Origin: an uncultured Flavobacteriales bacterium
GTDB taxonomy: Bacteria > Bacteroidota > Bacteroidia > Flavobacteriales_G > Salibacteraceae
Direction: 5' to 3'
Length of the DNA: 64,000 nucleotides
NCBI GenBank assembly: GCA_943788725.1
Contig: CALSRJ010000001.1
Coordinates: 492,861-556,860 of the forward strand
Below the pieces are notes generated by a model. The model saw nothing but the letters and a program-made list of their open reading frames with translations, did no database searches and was not told the origin of the DNA. Position 1 is the first letter of the stretch; every line of letters starts with the position of its first letter. This document shows, in pieces, positions 8,832 to 19,900 of the stretch. The position numbers and the translations under genes are program-made.

Positions 8832-10761
8832 TCCAAGGCCTTAAAGGCGATGGTAAACGTACTCCCCTCACCCAATTCGCTTTCTAGCCAAATTCTTCCC
8901 TGCATTTGCTCCACGTAGTGCTTCGAAATAGACAAACCCAGTCCACTGCCTTCAATAGTGGATTCGGCAGACGCATGGGATTGAAAGAAGGGCTCAAAAA
9001 TCTTGTCTCTGTCTACCTCAGCAATACCTAAGCCTGTGTCCTTCACAACGATGTGTACATCTCCTTGCTTCCTCATCATAGCTAGGTGAACCCCGCCTAC
9101 CTTTGTGTACTTCAGTGCGTTCCCAACGAGGTTCATCAGCACAATCTCCATCATCGATCGATCGACCGAGGCGCATACGTCTTGTTCAATCTCACGCGTG
9201 AATTCAAGTTGCTTGACGGTAGCTTGAGGAGATAACAGCTTGGCAATGTCTTCTAACAAATGCGTCAGGTTTTCGGGTCTCAAGACAGGCTCTATTGACC
9301 CTTCTTCCAAACGGGAAAACGTCAGCACGTTATTGGTGATACCCAAGAGGCGCGTACTGCTCTTTTGCAATAGGTCGGTCATCGAACGCACTTCATTGGG
9401 ATCGTCTTCCAATTTGATCAGTTCTGCCAACGATACAATCGCATTCATCGGTGTTCTGAGTTCGTGCACTACGGCGTTTAACGTCTCCCTTCGCAACTGC
9501 GCTTTGCGCTCTGCCTGATCACGCTCCTCGGTCAATGTCTTTCGGAGATCAGACAACAGCTTGAGTTGATACAACAACAACGAAAAAAGCCCTACAAATA
9601 CAGCAATGGCAATCCCGAAGGACAAATTGATCACGCGTTGTCGCTGGATTGTTGCCTCCCGCGCAGCCTCTTTGCTTTGGATGCGCTTCACCTTGTTCTC
9701 CGCTTCTGCCACTGCAATGGTGTATTGCGACGCGTCCGCTTTACGAAGCATCGATTCTGCCTCGGCACTGTCGCTCATCCGCTGGTATTGTCGAAGTAAA
9801 TCAAGCGCCAGTGCTGTATTTCCTTTTTTCTCCTCAAGACTCGACCGAGCCGCCAACAAGCGTGTTTCAATGGCGGAAGATTGCACATTTTGATTGAGGA
9901 TTGTGGCATTCTGAATGAGCCCATTCGCCTTAGGAAGATCGCCCTCCTCCACCGCAATGTTTGCCATGCCGACCCATGGAGGTCGCCGATCTTCTCTCTG
10001 ATTACCGCTGCTGACTTGTAATACCCCATGGCTGCGGCATAATTCCCTAAAAGCGACTGCGCAAACCCGATATTGTTCAGACCAATCGCCTTCCCTTTCT
10101 CATCTTTCGGGTGCCGGTTTTCATCACTCAACGTGAAATAATGCAAGGCACTATCATATTGGTCAATGAGTAAGAAATTTTGCCCCCGAGAATTGTAGAG
10201 ACTCGCCAATGCATAGGGCTCTTCCGGGTCGGTGAGTTCAAAGGCCTTATCCAAGAAGGATTGAGAACGGTCAAAATTTCCCAGTTCCCGATTGAGGATG
10301 CTTAGGTTGTTGTAAATTTTCATTTTTAGCGCGACATCGTTACGAAACTCAACGCAGCCCAAGGATTTGGCGTAATACTCAATTGCCTCTCTCCTCAAAC
10401 CGGCTGCGTGCAGCACAACAGCCAAACCATGGCTCACCAACGCGTATTGATCGGTGCATCTCGCGCTGTCCATAGAAGCCATGGCACTGCTAAAGTTAGC
10501 GATGGCAGAATCCATGACGCCCTTGTAAAAAAAGGCAGATCCTTTGGCTTTAAAATATTCGGTGAGCAGGGAGTCATCTAGCTTCGCTACAGAAATTTCA
10601 CCTAACAAGGCCAACGAAGAATCGGGGTACCGCACCGCTTCTTTGGCCTCATGTAGCCGCTGAATAAACAAGGAAGCATTAGAGGTGGATTGGGCGAAGG
10701 AAAACGTCGAGCAACATGCCATCAAAAGCGTTATTCCCCATATGGCCCTTTTTCCTCTCAT
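8819..10761 (-). pseudogene. TPR-repeat sensor histidine kinase interrupted by a frameshift (or a sequencing error)
   Basis: Two overlapping ORFs. 9775..10764 carries a signal peptide and TPR repeats, with its ATG at 10761. 8819..9967 carries more TPR, a TM segment, HisKA VHELRTPMNAI and HATPase GSGLGLSI. TPR-like sequence continues across the junction if one base is added in the CCC run at 9973-9975, giving ...KIGDLHGVGMANIAVEEGDL... Confidence 0.7.
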
Positions 10762-10802
10762 CACTGAGCAAATATCGACAATCGGCCGAAACGGTATACC
10801 AC

Positions 10803-10834
10803 AAAAAAGGCAGGGGTACCACGATACCTCTGCC
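10803..10834 (-). terminator. rho-independent terminator after the LytS/LytTR operon
   Basis: Stem GGCAGGGGTA / TACCTCTGCC (one G-U pair) with a 6-nt loop. The A6 on the plus strand gives a T-run on the minus strand. It lies 8 nt past the response-regulator stop. Confidence 0.7.
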
Positions 10835-10841
10835 TTTGAAC

Positions 10842-11732
10842 CTAACTAAACAACTGAGAAAAGAACGATCTTGATTGTCTTCTTCGAATATAATGTTGCG
10901 CGCTTATGCGAACTATTATATTGTGACCAATAGAATCACTTTGCGGCGAGCGGTTAACGACCATCTTTGACTGAGAAAAATCATCTATGGAGTCCTTGAA
11001 ACTTCTTCCTGAAATGAACTCATCGCCGTTCTTCATGCGAAAAGAGTATTCGTTGTTCCCCTTATACGACTTCATCTTCAAATAATTGACATTCAAAATG
11101 ATGGAACGATGGATACGAACGAAACAGCTGTGGTCTAACTCGCCAATCATCTGTTGCATGGTATTCCGAATCAGGAAGCGTTCGTTCTCCAATTGCAGCT
11201 TCAAGTAATTGCCGTCGGCCTCTATGTACAACACATCATAAAGGTTAATGCTTCGCTCCCTTCCCTTATCCTTAATCTTGAGTACAAAAGGACTTTGCTG
11301 GGTCCGTGACCGAAAATCGTCTACAACCCTTATGAGTTGGTCATTGAGCTTGCTTTGATCATGTTGGACGATCCGCTCAATGGCATGATCAACGGCCTTT
11401 TTGAAGCGATCATCGTCAAACGGCTTGTGAAGGAAGTCTACGGCATGCACATCGAAGGCCTTCAGGGCAAAGCGATCGTGCGCGGTGACGAAAATGATGA
11501 AAGGTCGCTGTTCGTCTGGAATGCGGTTGACTACTTGAAATCCATCCCTGTCCGGCATTTCAATGTCGAGGAAAACCAGGTCAGGACGGTAAGAGGAAAT
11601 GAGTTCGATGGCCTCGTCGCCATTCCTGCCCTCTCCGATCAGTTGGATCTGATCCATCTGCTCCAACAATTTCTTGATGCGGCTCCTACTAAGGACCTCG
11701 TCATCTACTACGATTGTCTTAATCGTTCGCAT
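10842..11732 (-). CDS. LytR/AlgR-family response regulator (REC + LytTR)
   Basis: The track start at 11738 is GTG and the ATG is at 11732 (MRTIKTIVVDDE). REC motifs include DLVFLDIEMP. LytTR region includes VLYIEADGNYLKL...FVRIHRSIILN. About 50 extra C-terminal residues beyond typical family length. Confidence 0.88.
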   Translation of the reverse strand: MRTIKTIVVDDEVLSRSRIKKLLEQMDQIQLIGEGRNGDEAIELISSYRPDLVFLDIEMPDRDGFQVVNRIPDEQRPFIIFVTAHDRFALKAFDVHAVDFLHKPFDDDRFKKAVDHAIERIVQHDQSKLNDQLIRVVDDFRSRTQQSPFVLKIKDKGRERSINLYDVLYIEADGNYLKLQLENERFLIRNTMQQMIGELDHSCFVRIHRSIILNVNYLKMKSYKGNNEYSFRMKNGDEFISGRSFKDSIDDFSQSKMVVNRSPQSDSIGHNIIVRISAQHYIRRRQSRSFFSQLFS

Positions 11733-12828
11733 GTTCACTTTGTTTTGGGATGATGAGTGTAACAGTGAAGCCCTCGTTATCCGTTGTCTTTACATCAAAA
11801 CCAGCCTCGCCACGGTAAAGTTCTTTCATTCTTTCTTTCGTGTTTTGCAGTCCAATTCCATTTCCAAACAACTCCGACACCTCGCCCACATGGCCTCTAC
11901 CATCATCGGATACTTTAACCACGAGTCCTTTCCCGATCAAACGGGCGTGCACCAAAACCGTTCCTCCTCTAGAAATTTTAGCTATGCCGTGCTTGATGGC
12001 ATTTTCGACAAGTGGCTGGATGATCAGAAGAGGGACTTGAAAACCTTCTGAGCCCTCTTCTACATCGATTTGAAAATTCAATCTATCCTCGAAGCGAACC
12101 CGCTCGATTTCGAGGTAGGTTTTTACGTAATCCAACTCTTCTTCCAGGCTGACAAAAACCCGAGAATCTTGCTCAAGGATACCGCGAAGGAGGTCTCCTA
12201 ATCTCGCCGTAACTTTTTGGGCCTTCTTCACATCGATCTCCATCAAACTACTGATGGTGTTGAGTGCGTTGAATAAAAAATGGGGTTGGAGTTGCATCTT
12301 CAGCACCTCTAATTTGGTTCGATTGAGCTGTGCCTCTATCCTCCCCAATTCTGCCTGCTTGTCCTTGTACTTTTTATAATAGTCAAACGCCGCGAAGAGG
12401 ACGTAAATGATCCAGTACTCCAACACCCTTCCTATAAACACCCCCGGAAAAGCAGCCATCACTTGCGGCCAAGTCTCTGAAGAAAAGTAGAAAATGTCGA
12501 ACCCAGCCAATAGAGTGAAATAGATCAAGGTGGTGCTAATCTCATGCACGAATGGAATCACTAGGCTAAACAGGAAACTCATCCCTCGGTCGCCAATCGA
12601 CGCCCCTTTTCCGATTCGATAATGGGTAAAAGCCCAATAAATGATTGGCACCAAAAGGGGCCAAAAGAGGTAGTTGATGACGTGGGGAAGCGAGCTACGG
12701 TAATACTCAAACTCGCTCATCTCATCCCAATAGAGATAAGGCATCATTGCTTTGAGACTCATGAGCAGGCTCAGCACAATGCCAGCTCCTAGAACAAATA
12801 CGAATGGAAGCGGCAACTTCTTGAACAT
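11719..12828 (-). CDS. LytS/YehU-type sensor histidine kinase
   Basis: 369 aa. N-terminal multi-TM region. LQPHFLFNALNTISSL is the His_kinase motif. HATPase region includes NAIKHG...GIGLQNTKERM. Overlaps the response-regulator gene by 14 nt. Confidence 0.88.
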   Translation of the reverse strand: MFKKLPLPFVFVLGAGIVLSLLMSLKAMMPYLYWDEMSEFEYYRSSLPHVINYLFWPLLVPIIYWAFTHYRIGKGASIGDRGMSFLFSLVIPFVHEISTTLIYFTLLAGFDIFYFSSETWPQVMAAFPGVFIGRVLEYWIIYVLFAAFDYYKKYKDKQAELGRIEAQLNRTKLEVLKMQLQPHFLFNALNTISSLMEIDVKKAQKVTARLGDLLRGILEQDSRVFVSLEEELDYVKTYLEIERVRFEDRLNFQIDVEEGSEGFQVPLLIIQPLVENAIKHGIAKISRGGTVLVHARLIGKGLVVKVSDDGRGHVGEVSELFGNGIGLQNTKERMKELYRGEAGFDVKTTDNEGFTVTLIIPKQSEHAND

Positions 12829-12902
12829 GCTTCAAAGTAAATACAGCCACTTTGGAAATTTCTATGCTTTGTGACAAATGGCCCGTTTTGGGCACGAATC
12901 GC

Positions 12903-13568
12903 TCAGCGCAATGCCCGCAGGTACTGATTCACAAACGCTATTTTGCTTTTTCTTCGGTACTGCAATACCCATCTGGGGTGCGGAAGTGGAATCACTTCAC
13001 CAAACCAACCGTGCTGTTTATTCAATGCGTTCAGCACTTTAAAATTCTCGCCTTGCCCAATGCAAAAGCATTTATCTCTTCGCACGGCCCACTCCATATG
13101 CCGGTTCATTTCCCGCACAATCGGGTCGAGCATGTACGTCTTCCATTGATCCAGTTCGTAGTAGTTGACGTTCTTTCCATCGTGCAAGAAACCCAGGGGG
13201 TAGACGGCCGATATGAAATGGTTTGAATAGAAGTGCTCAGCCCCTCCGCAGGCTGCAATTACGTCGTAGATGAATTCGCTTGACAACTCCTGCCTTAGGT
13301 TGAATGAATGATCGATGTGCAAGACTTCTTTCAACCGAATAGGGTCTGTAAAAGAGATGCCTGTTACCCCAGACCCAAACCTTCCTGGGTTGATGCCGAA
13401 CATGAGCGTGCGAGGCTTAGTATCGGCATAGTATTTCGAAAGAAATGCCTCCACTACTCGCATCGTGTCAGGATACTCGTAAGGATTCATGCATTCATAC
13501 CACTCGGGAATGACGGGCTTCTTGAGGGATCGATAATAGTTGGAAAGGACATCTGACCATTGTTCCAT
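12903..13568 (-). CDS. uracil-DNA glycosylase superfamily protein, SMUG-like (DUF4918-type)
   Basis: 221 aa. FGINPGRFGSGVTGISFTDP resembles SMUG motif 1 (GMNPGPFG). PLPHPRWV resembles motif 2 (HPSPRN). Judged by eye only. Confidence 0.55.
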   Translation of the reverse strand: MEQWSDVLSNYYRSLKKPVIPEWYECMNPYEYPDTMRVVEAFLSKYYADTKPRTLMFGINPGRFGSGVTGISFTDPIRLKEVLHIDHSFNLRQELSSEFIYDVIAACGGAEHFYSNHFISAVYPLGFLHDGKNVNYYELDQWKTYMLDPIVREMNRHMEWAVRRDKCFCIGQGENFKVLNALNKQHGWFGEVIPLPHPRWVLQYRRKSKIAFVNQYLRALR

Positions 13569-13581
13569 GCTAAACGAAGCT

Positions 13582-13615
13582 AAAAAAAATGCCCCGCACC
13601 GATGATGCGAGGCAT
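13582..13615 (-). terminator. rho-independent terminator after the hsp20 gene
   Basis: Stem ATGCCCCGCA / TGCGAGGCAT pairs 9 of 10 bases. The A8 on the plus strand gives a T-run on the minus strand. Confidence 0.65.
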
Positions 13616-13641
13616 TTCCTGAGTGGTTACTGCCTTGTTCC

Positions 13642-14100
13642 CTAACCGATCAAAACACGTTTGTTGGCCTTTTGCTCTTCTTCTGCCATTTTTGGAAGAA
13701 CAATTCGGAGGATACCGTGCTCATACTTTCCTTCGATCTGCTCTACGTCTACCTGATTGTCTGGAAGACGAAAGGAACGCTTGAAAGACTGGAAACTGAA
13801 TTCTTTACGGGTATACTTTTCACCCTCCTGTATGTCTTCTGACTTAGCGTCCGCCGAGATGATCAACGTATCGTTTTCGACTTCTACGTTGAACGCCTCT
13901 TTTGAAAATCCGGGAGCAGCAATCTCAAGGATATAACTGCTTGCTGATTCAATCACATTTACAGAAGGAACGGCTGTCTTTGAAATCGCCGGCCATTCCA
14001 TGTCATTGAACAATTCATCCAAGATAGTTGGAAAGTAACTTCCCTTCATCACTGGTCTTCTTGTCGTTGGTCTCATGGTAATCATATTTAATATTTTCAT
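13642..14100 (-). CDS. Hsp20/alpha-crystallin family small heat-shock protein
   Basis: 152 aa. YILEIAAPGFSKEAFNVEVENDTLIISA...GILRIVLPK is a typical ACD. Several in-frame Met codons near the N-terminus leave the start uncertain. Confidence 0.88.
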   Translation of the reverse strand: MKILNMITMRPTTRRPVMKGSYFPTILDELFNDMEWPAISKTAVPSVNVIESASSYILEIAAPGFSKEAFNVEVENDTLIISADAKSEDIQEGEKYTRKEFSFQSFKRSFRLPDNQVDVEQIEGKYEHGILRIVLPKMAEEEQKANKRVLIG

Positions 14101-14346
14101 GCCATAGACATTTCAATTCTCAAACCAGCCAGAGATTCATGACGAAATTTCAGGCGAATCACGATCTTGCATGTCATTTTAACCGATTGATATACAACTG
14201 CTTATATTCATACTGCCAGAATTTCACAAAATGCAATGATCATATCTCTTGAGACTGCTCAACCCTTGAGCGCGATCCTTGTTACCCTGTAGTGCGAATC
14301 ATTAACTGCAGAAGCTTTGGTAACTTCGCACCCCAATTCAGAGAAC

Positions 14347-15564
14347 ATGTTGCATCCGATCGAAGAAGCGCTCGAAGACATTAAGAACGGTAAAGTAATC
14401 ATCGTCGTGGACGATGAAGACAGAGAGAATGAAGGCGACTTCATTGCTGCTGCAGATTTCGTTACGCCGGAAATCATCAATTTCATGGCCACGCATGGCC
14501 GCGGGTTGATCTGCGCTGCTCTGGTAGAAGATCGTTGTGATGAACTTGGACTGGAACTGATGGTTCCTCAAAACACCGCCTTGCACGAAACGCCGTTTAC
14601 GGTTTCGGTAGACCTTAACGGTAAAGGGGTTACCACCGGTATTAGCGCGAGTGACCGCGCAAAAACCGTCAAAGCACTGATCGATCCCAATACAAAACCT
14701 GAAGACCTGGGGAGGCCAGGACATATCTTCCCTCTACGAGCGAAGCGAGGGGGCGTATTGCGCAGAACAGGGCATACAGAAGCGACCATCGACTTGGCAC
14801 GTTTGGCGGGCCTCAATGCCGCGGGAGTCTTGGTAGAGATCATGAATGAAGATGGAACGATGGCTCGCATGCCACAGCTGCAGGAGATCGCTGAGAAGTT
14901 TGACCTTAAGATTATTTCCATTGAAGACCTCGTTGCCTACCGCATGCACAAGGAGAGTATCATTGAGCGCGGCGTCAACGTCAAATTACCCACCGAATGG
15001 GGCGATTTTCAGCTGCATTCCTACGTGCAAACCACTACGGGCGAAGAACATCTAGCCTTGACCAAAGGCGAATGGACAGAAGACGAACCGATTCTTGTGC
15101 GTGTGCACTCCTCTTGCGTTACGGGTGATATATTCGGCTCTTACCGCTGCGATTGTGGTTCACAGCTGCACGAAGCCATGAAGTTAATCGAGGAGCAAGG
15201 AAAAGGAGTCGTGGTCTACATGCAACAAGAAGGACGGGGTATAGGCTTGATCAACAAGCTCAAAGCATACAAGCTCCAGGAAGAAGGTTTGGATACCGTG
15301 GAAGCCAACCTGAAGTTGGGCTTTAAAATGGACGAGCGTGACTACGGTGTCGGTGCTCAGATCCTTCGTGACCTAGGTGTCCGAAAAATGAAATTGATCA
15401 GCAACAACCCTAAAAAACGGACCGGGCTGATCGGGTATGGTCTTGAGATTTCTGAGGTAGTACCTATGGAAATTGACGTCAACCCACATAATCATCACTA
15501 CCTCTGGACCAAACAAGATAAGATGGGGCACGACTTGCACATCGATAAAGACATCCAAGGATGA
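14347..15564 (+). CDS. ribBA: bifunctional 3,4-dihydroxy-2-butanone-4-phosphate synthase / GTP cyclohydrolase II
   Basis: ORF 14317..15564. The track start is TTG and the first ATG is at 14347 ([16 protein letters not shown]). DRENEGDF and HTEA motifs mark Rib[20 protein letters not shown] marks RibA. Confidence 0.93.
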   Translation: MLHPIEEALEDIKNGKVIIVVDDEDRENEGDFIAAADFVTPEIINFMATHGRGLICAALVEDRCDELGLELMVPQNTALHETPFTVSVDLNGKGVTTGISASDRAKTVKALIDPNTKPEDLGRPGHIFPLRAKRGGVLRRTGHTEATIDLARLAGLNAAGVLVEIMNEDGTMARMPQLQEIAEKFDLKIISIEDLVAYRMHKESIIERGVNVKLPTEWGDFQLHSYVQTTTGEEHLALTKGEWTEDEPILVRVHSSCVTGDIFGSYRCDCGSQLHEAMKLIEEQGKGVVVYMQQEGRGIGLINKLKAYKLQEEGLDTVEANLKLGFKMDERDYGVGAQILRDLGVRKMKLISNNPKKRTGLIGYGLEISEVVPMEIDVNPHNHHYLWTKQDKMGHDLHIDKDIQG

Positions 15565-16151
15565 GTGCTGAGGAATTGGACTTATCCTATTGGGAGAAAC
15601 GATGGTCTGATCGACAGACAGGTTGGGACATTGGCTATGCCTCCACCCCGATCAAAACGTACTTCGATCAGGTAGAAGATAAGTCCAAGCGTATCCTTAT
15701 TCCCGGATGCGGCAATGCATGGGAAGGAGAATATCTCCACCGTACTGGTTTTGAAAATGTGCATTTGATCGATATAGCGCCAACCGCCGTTCAGCAAATC
15801 CAAGAGCGGATTCCTCATTTACCCAAGGAGCGTGTAATCCTAGGAGATTTCTTCGCCTTGGAAGGCAGCTACGACTACATTGTAGAACAAACTTTCTTCT
15901 GTGCCTTGGAGCCGACGCGCCGCATGGAGTACGCTGCTAAGGTGCATGACTTGCTCGCTCCTGGCGGAAGACTTGTGGGTGTGATGTTCGACACCGATTT
16001 TGGGAATGACCACCCGCCCTTTGGAGGTACCAAATCGGAATACGTGAATTACTTCGAAGGACTGTTTGACATCCACGTGATGGATACAGCGCACAACAGC
16101 ATCAAGCCGCGCCAAGGAAAAGAGTTGTTCATCAACCTCCAGCGTCCTTAG
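15561..16151 (+). CDS. SAM-dependent methyltransferase, TPMT (thiopurine/halide-thiol methyltransferase)-like
   Basis: 196 aa. [15 protein letters not shown]...[15 protein letters not shown] matches the TPMT family pattern. Its ATG overlaps the ribBA stop (ATGA). Confidence 0.75.
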   Translation: MSAEELDLSYWEKRWSDRQTGWDIGYASTPIKTYFDQVEDKSKRILIPGCGNAWEGEYLHRTGFENVHLIDIAPTAVQQIQERIPHLPKERVILGDFFALEGSYDYIVEQTFFCALEPTRRMEYAAKVHDLLAPGGRLVGVMFDTDFGNDHPPFGGTKSEYVNYFEGLFDIHVMDTAHNSIKPRQGKELFINLQRP

Positions 16152-16152
16152 A

Positions 16153-16977
16153 TCACACTTCCTCTTCTTCCTCTCGTGGAGTAAGGCTTACATTCTCTAC
16201 GCGCAACTCCCCATGGGCAGTGCTCAATCGAATGTCCATTACCAGGGTGAATCGATGGTGGCTCGGATAATTTTCCCTCAACCAATGTACCAACAATGTG
16301 GAAGAAACCTCTGGATGAATAGCAAAGGAATGCGGTGCGAAGAACCCTAGGCTATCCGTGTAGAAAATCAAATTATCATCCACCGCAGGATGCTCATCGC
16401 CCGCAATGTCCATGTTTCGAAGAAAGAACTTATTGCTTACGCCACGTCGCTCTCCGGTTTCAGGGTTGAAGATCTGCGTTCCCATTGCCATATAGCTTGG
16501 GATGATGACCAAATCTTCGTGCCCGCTGAGTTCAAAGCGCATTTGCATCGACCCAAGTGCCGTCTTATCAAAACTCATGTCAATTACCGTGTCTCGCTGT
16601 TCACCGGTGATTACGTCCATTACACTGACGGTATCAAACATGCTAAGCTCCTCCACCAACGCCTTGGGATCTAGGCTCCTTTCCACGTCCAATTCTCCGA
16701 ACAATGTAGGAGCGTATACTTCAGCATCTCCAGTAAAAGCCATGTCGAACAGTTGATCGGCAAGCGAATTGAGGTGAACGCTGCTCGTATAGGATGCGAT
16801 TTTCACGGCATTCAATGCAGAAGCATGTCTAGGAACAATTAGTTCCAGGGTGAGGGTTCCATCCCAATTGAACGATCGTTGTTGATCATCAATACTGCGT
16901 TCGTCTTCTGAGGATGAACATGCGCTGATGATCAACATCACAGCTGTACATCCCCCAATAATACTCCGTCTATACAT
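16153..16977 (-). CDS. lipoprotein, function unknown
   Basis: 274 aa. Lipobox MLIISAC and an acidic C-terminus. Overlaps the upstream sensor gene by 8 nt. Confidence 0.6.
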   Translation of the reverse strand: MYRRSIIGGCTAVMLIISACSSSEDERSIDDQQRSFNWDGTLTLELIVPRHASALNAVKIASYTSSVHLNSLADQLFDMAFTGDAEVYAPTLFGELDVERSLDPKALVEELSMFDTVSVMDVITGEQRDTVIDMSFDKTALGSMQMRFELSGHEDLVIIPSYMAMGTQIFNPETGERRGVSNKFFLRNMDIAGDEHPAVDDNLIFYTDSLGFFAPHSFAIHPEVSSTLLVHWLRENYPSHHRFTLVMDIRLSTAHGELRVENVSLTPREEEEEV

Positions 16978-19900
16978 GGTTCCAAATAAATAAAGTCATG
17001 TCGTCAAATTGCTCCATTGCGCCCGTCCAATCTTCAATATCACTCCAAACAGCGGATTTGATTTGCTCTTGACTGGCATTTCTTTTCTCTTCTAAGATCT
17101 TTAGGAATTTGGCCTTGCCATAAGAACGGGTGCCGGACTCATTCAGTTGTGAAAACAAACCGTCGGACACCACGGCAATCGCATCTTGCGAATTCACTGC
17201 CCACAAGCCATCCTCGACGAGGCTCACTTGGGGATTTCCTTGGATCAATAATTCTTGCGCTGACGTCTTGTTGAAGGTAAACGCTTCTAATCCATTTTGC
17301 GCGGCGTACGCCTTGTCATTATCCGAAGTGTAAAGGAACCACTGCACTCCTTTGAATTTAGTGAATTTGTTCTCCAGTGCCTTCACGGAAAATTCCCACG
17401 CCGCAAGAATTTCCGATGGTTCGTGGGACGTTGGCATTGCCTTCTCCATTTTAGTGTACAACACAGAACGCAGAGCGTGAGCCGCATTTCCCACTACCCC
17501 AACGTCAACAAGGATGACAAGGTGATAGGCTTGACCGCTGAAACATAAGACGCCATCTGAGCTCACGTTTTCCAGTTTCCGCTGATACAATTTAAAGTGT
17601 TGTAATACTTCACACGTCTGCATTGATCGGTCATTGGCTGTTTCCTCCAACACTTCAATGATCGAGGCATCTTCTTCCAGTCGGCGTCCAACCCGGCGCA
17701 TATCTTCTCGGAGGTCAACCATGTGCTGCTCTTTCAACGCTAGTTGTTCCTCCACCTCGTGCTTTTGCTCCAACAAATTCACCGCACGGTAGCGATCCAT
17801 AAAGAAAATGGCTAAGATGACAAGGAGGAATACGATCGTATAGAACCACCAGGTCCTGTAAAAGGGATGATAGATGCTAAAATTAAGGGCGAAAGCTTCT
17901 TTAGAGCACACGTCTGAGTCATTGCAAGCTTTCAATTCAAAGATGAAGTCTCCGGGTGGCAGTGAAATGTACTCGACGGTGCCAGGCTCGTCCATTTCCC
18001 TCCAATTTTCATGTACCCCTTTCAGTCGATAGTAGTAGCGATTGCGCGCTGGGTTCTTCAATGCAATGGAACTGAAACGTACGGTCAGGTCATTCGCAGT
18101 GCTCAAAAAATCCATGCGTGGGTGTTCGGCAAGGAGGTCAATCGCACCCAACTTAGCCGCTTGAACTTCAAGGCTCGGTTCCACCTCATTGCTGTGTATC
18201 AGTGACGGATCAAAGCGCAACATTCCCATCAATGTCCCCATCCATAAAATGCCATTCGTACCAAGGCGCATTGCACCGGCGTTCACCTCTACTCCCATAA
18301 ACCCATCGTCCTCGCCGTACCACCGTTGCTCTTTTGTTTGTGGATCATAGGCGTCAACACCCCAATTGTGGCCTACCCAAACAACGCCTTGTTCATCCAC
18401 TTCGATAGCGAATGTGGTATTGGAAGTCAGTTCCGTTACGTTACTCAAGGCCTCAAAACTGCCGTCGCCGAGGTATCGAAACACCCCCTTGTCATAGGTG
18501 GCGAACCAGACCAATCCTTGCTGATCGAAGGCAGCATCTTGAATGACACTGGAACTAATGCCTTCCGCCGCACCAAATTGCCTGAACTTCCCTTCGTAAT
18601 ACAATGTAGTAGGCGCACCTAACACTGTAATCCAAGTTTCGTTTCTGTCTCGGGAGTAGTAAATACCCGTTACCTTATCCCCCGCCAGGCCAGTTTCTGC
18701 CGTGATTTGTGAAACAGGCTTCCCTTCATCCATCACAAAAACACCTTCGTCGGTACCGACCCATAATGCGCCATTGACCAACTCCAAGCAATTGACGCCT
18801 ACCTGAAGGTTGTTGTACGCCTGCACCTCATCGGTCGGTGTATTCAGCTTCCATAGGTCCCCATCTTGATCCATTATCCAGATGGCGGAAGCCCCATCAA
18901 ATGCCGCTTGTTTAGGCTCCGTTACGTCGATCGGAATGAACGCATCCACTTTCAACTCATCCGCGTCAACGCTCGCCTTCCCCGTGAGAATCCCGTTTGG
19001 CGTCAAGGCGAAAAATTTTCCATTCGCCAACTCCACATCCCAAACCAATCCTCCTTCCAGTCCCGAACGCTGATCGATCAGTGTAAACGCATCGCCCAAG
19101 AACTGATCTAAGCCGGCCGCCGTAGCTATCCAAACGTTGCCTTCACGATCTGTGAACATCGCTCTCACCTGGTTGTAGCTCAATCCATTCTGGCGTTCAA
19201 AGTGGACGAGTCCTTTCGTACTTGGATCATATCGGTAGACTCCATTATCACTGGTACGCACCCAGATTCTCCCTGCGGGATCTTCAATCAAAGCTTTCCC
19301 TGGAAAATCCAATGAAACTTCTTGTTCCAACGTCCATTGTCCCGCCTGCTCTGCGTACAAGCGAATACGGTCATGGTATGCCAGTGCCCAACGGCCCGAA
19401 GCCATAGGTAAGGCCGACTCGATGGTCATTCCATCCTCGGCCTGATAGACTAACTTCCAAGGTTGATGTTTGCTTCGTTGGTAAATTCCTGCTGTGGTCA
19501 CCACGATCTCTCGTTCGTTTTGTACATGCATTTCCTTTACACGGACAGACAAACCATTTGCGGGTAAAGCAATGCGTTCTGGAATCCCATTCTTGACCGT
19601 AAACATGCGGTCATCGGAGGTAATGGCGTACACCAAATCTTCTCCCACCGGAATGATTTGGACCACCGATGCATAATCAAAGGCAGCCGCCGTGTTCCAA
19701 ACACTAAAAGTATCCGCCAGCACATGGTAAATAGAAATATTGCCGGCCCAATGCCCAATGTACACACGGTCTTTGATGGCGCTGAGGGAGGAAATAGAAC
19801 TTTCCGCCAATCCGGATTTAACGCTTTTGGTTGTAAACTCAAACCCATCATAAATCACTAATCCGGCCAAGGTTCCAATGAGCAGTTCGCCATGATCGGT

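Noticed and set aside
9968-9976. Programmed ribosomal frameshift as an explanation for the split TPR kinase.
   Set aside because: No slippery heptamer or downstream structure was seen. A homopolymer indel is the simpler explanation.
14306-14317. Adjacent CTGCAG and AAGCTT palindromes (PstI + HindIII sites) resembling a polylinker scar.
   Set aside because: Just two 6-mers in native-looking context, with no vector-like flanks. Considered coincidence.
14101-14346. Expected an FMN (RFN) riboswitch upstream of ribBA.
   Set aside because: None of the conserved RFN core segments is visible in the 216-bp spacer. It is treated as an ordinary divergent promoter region shared with hsp20.
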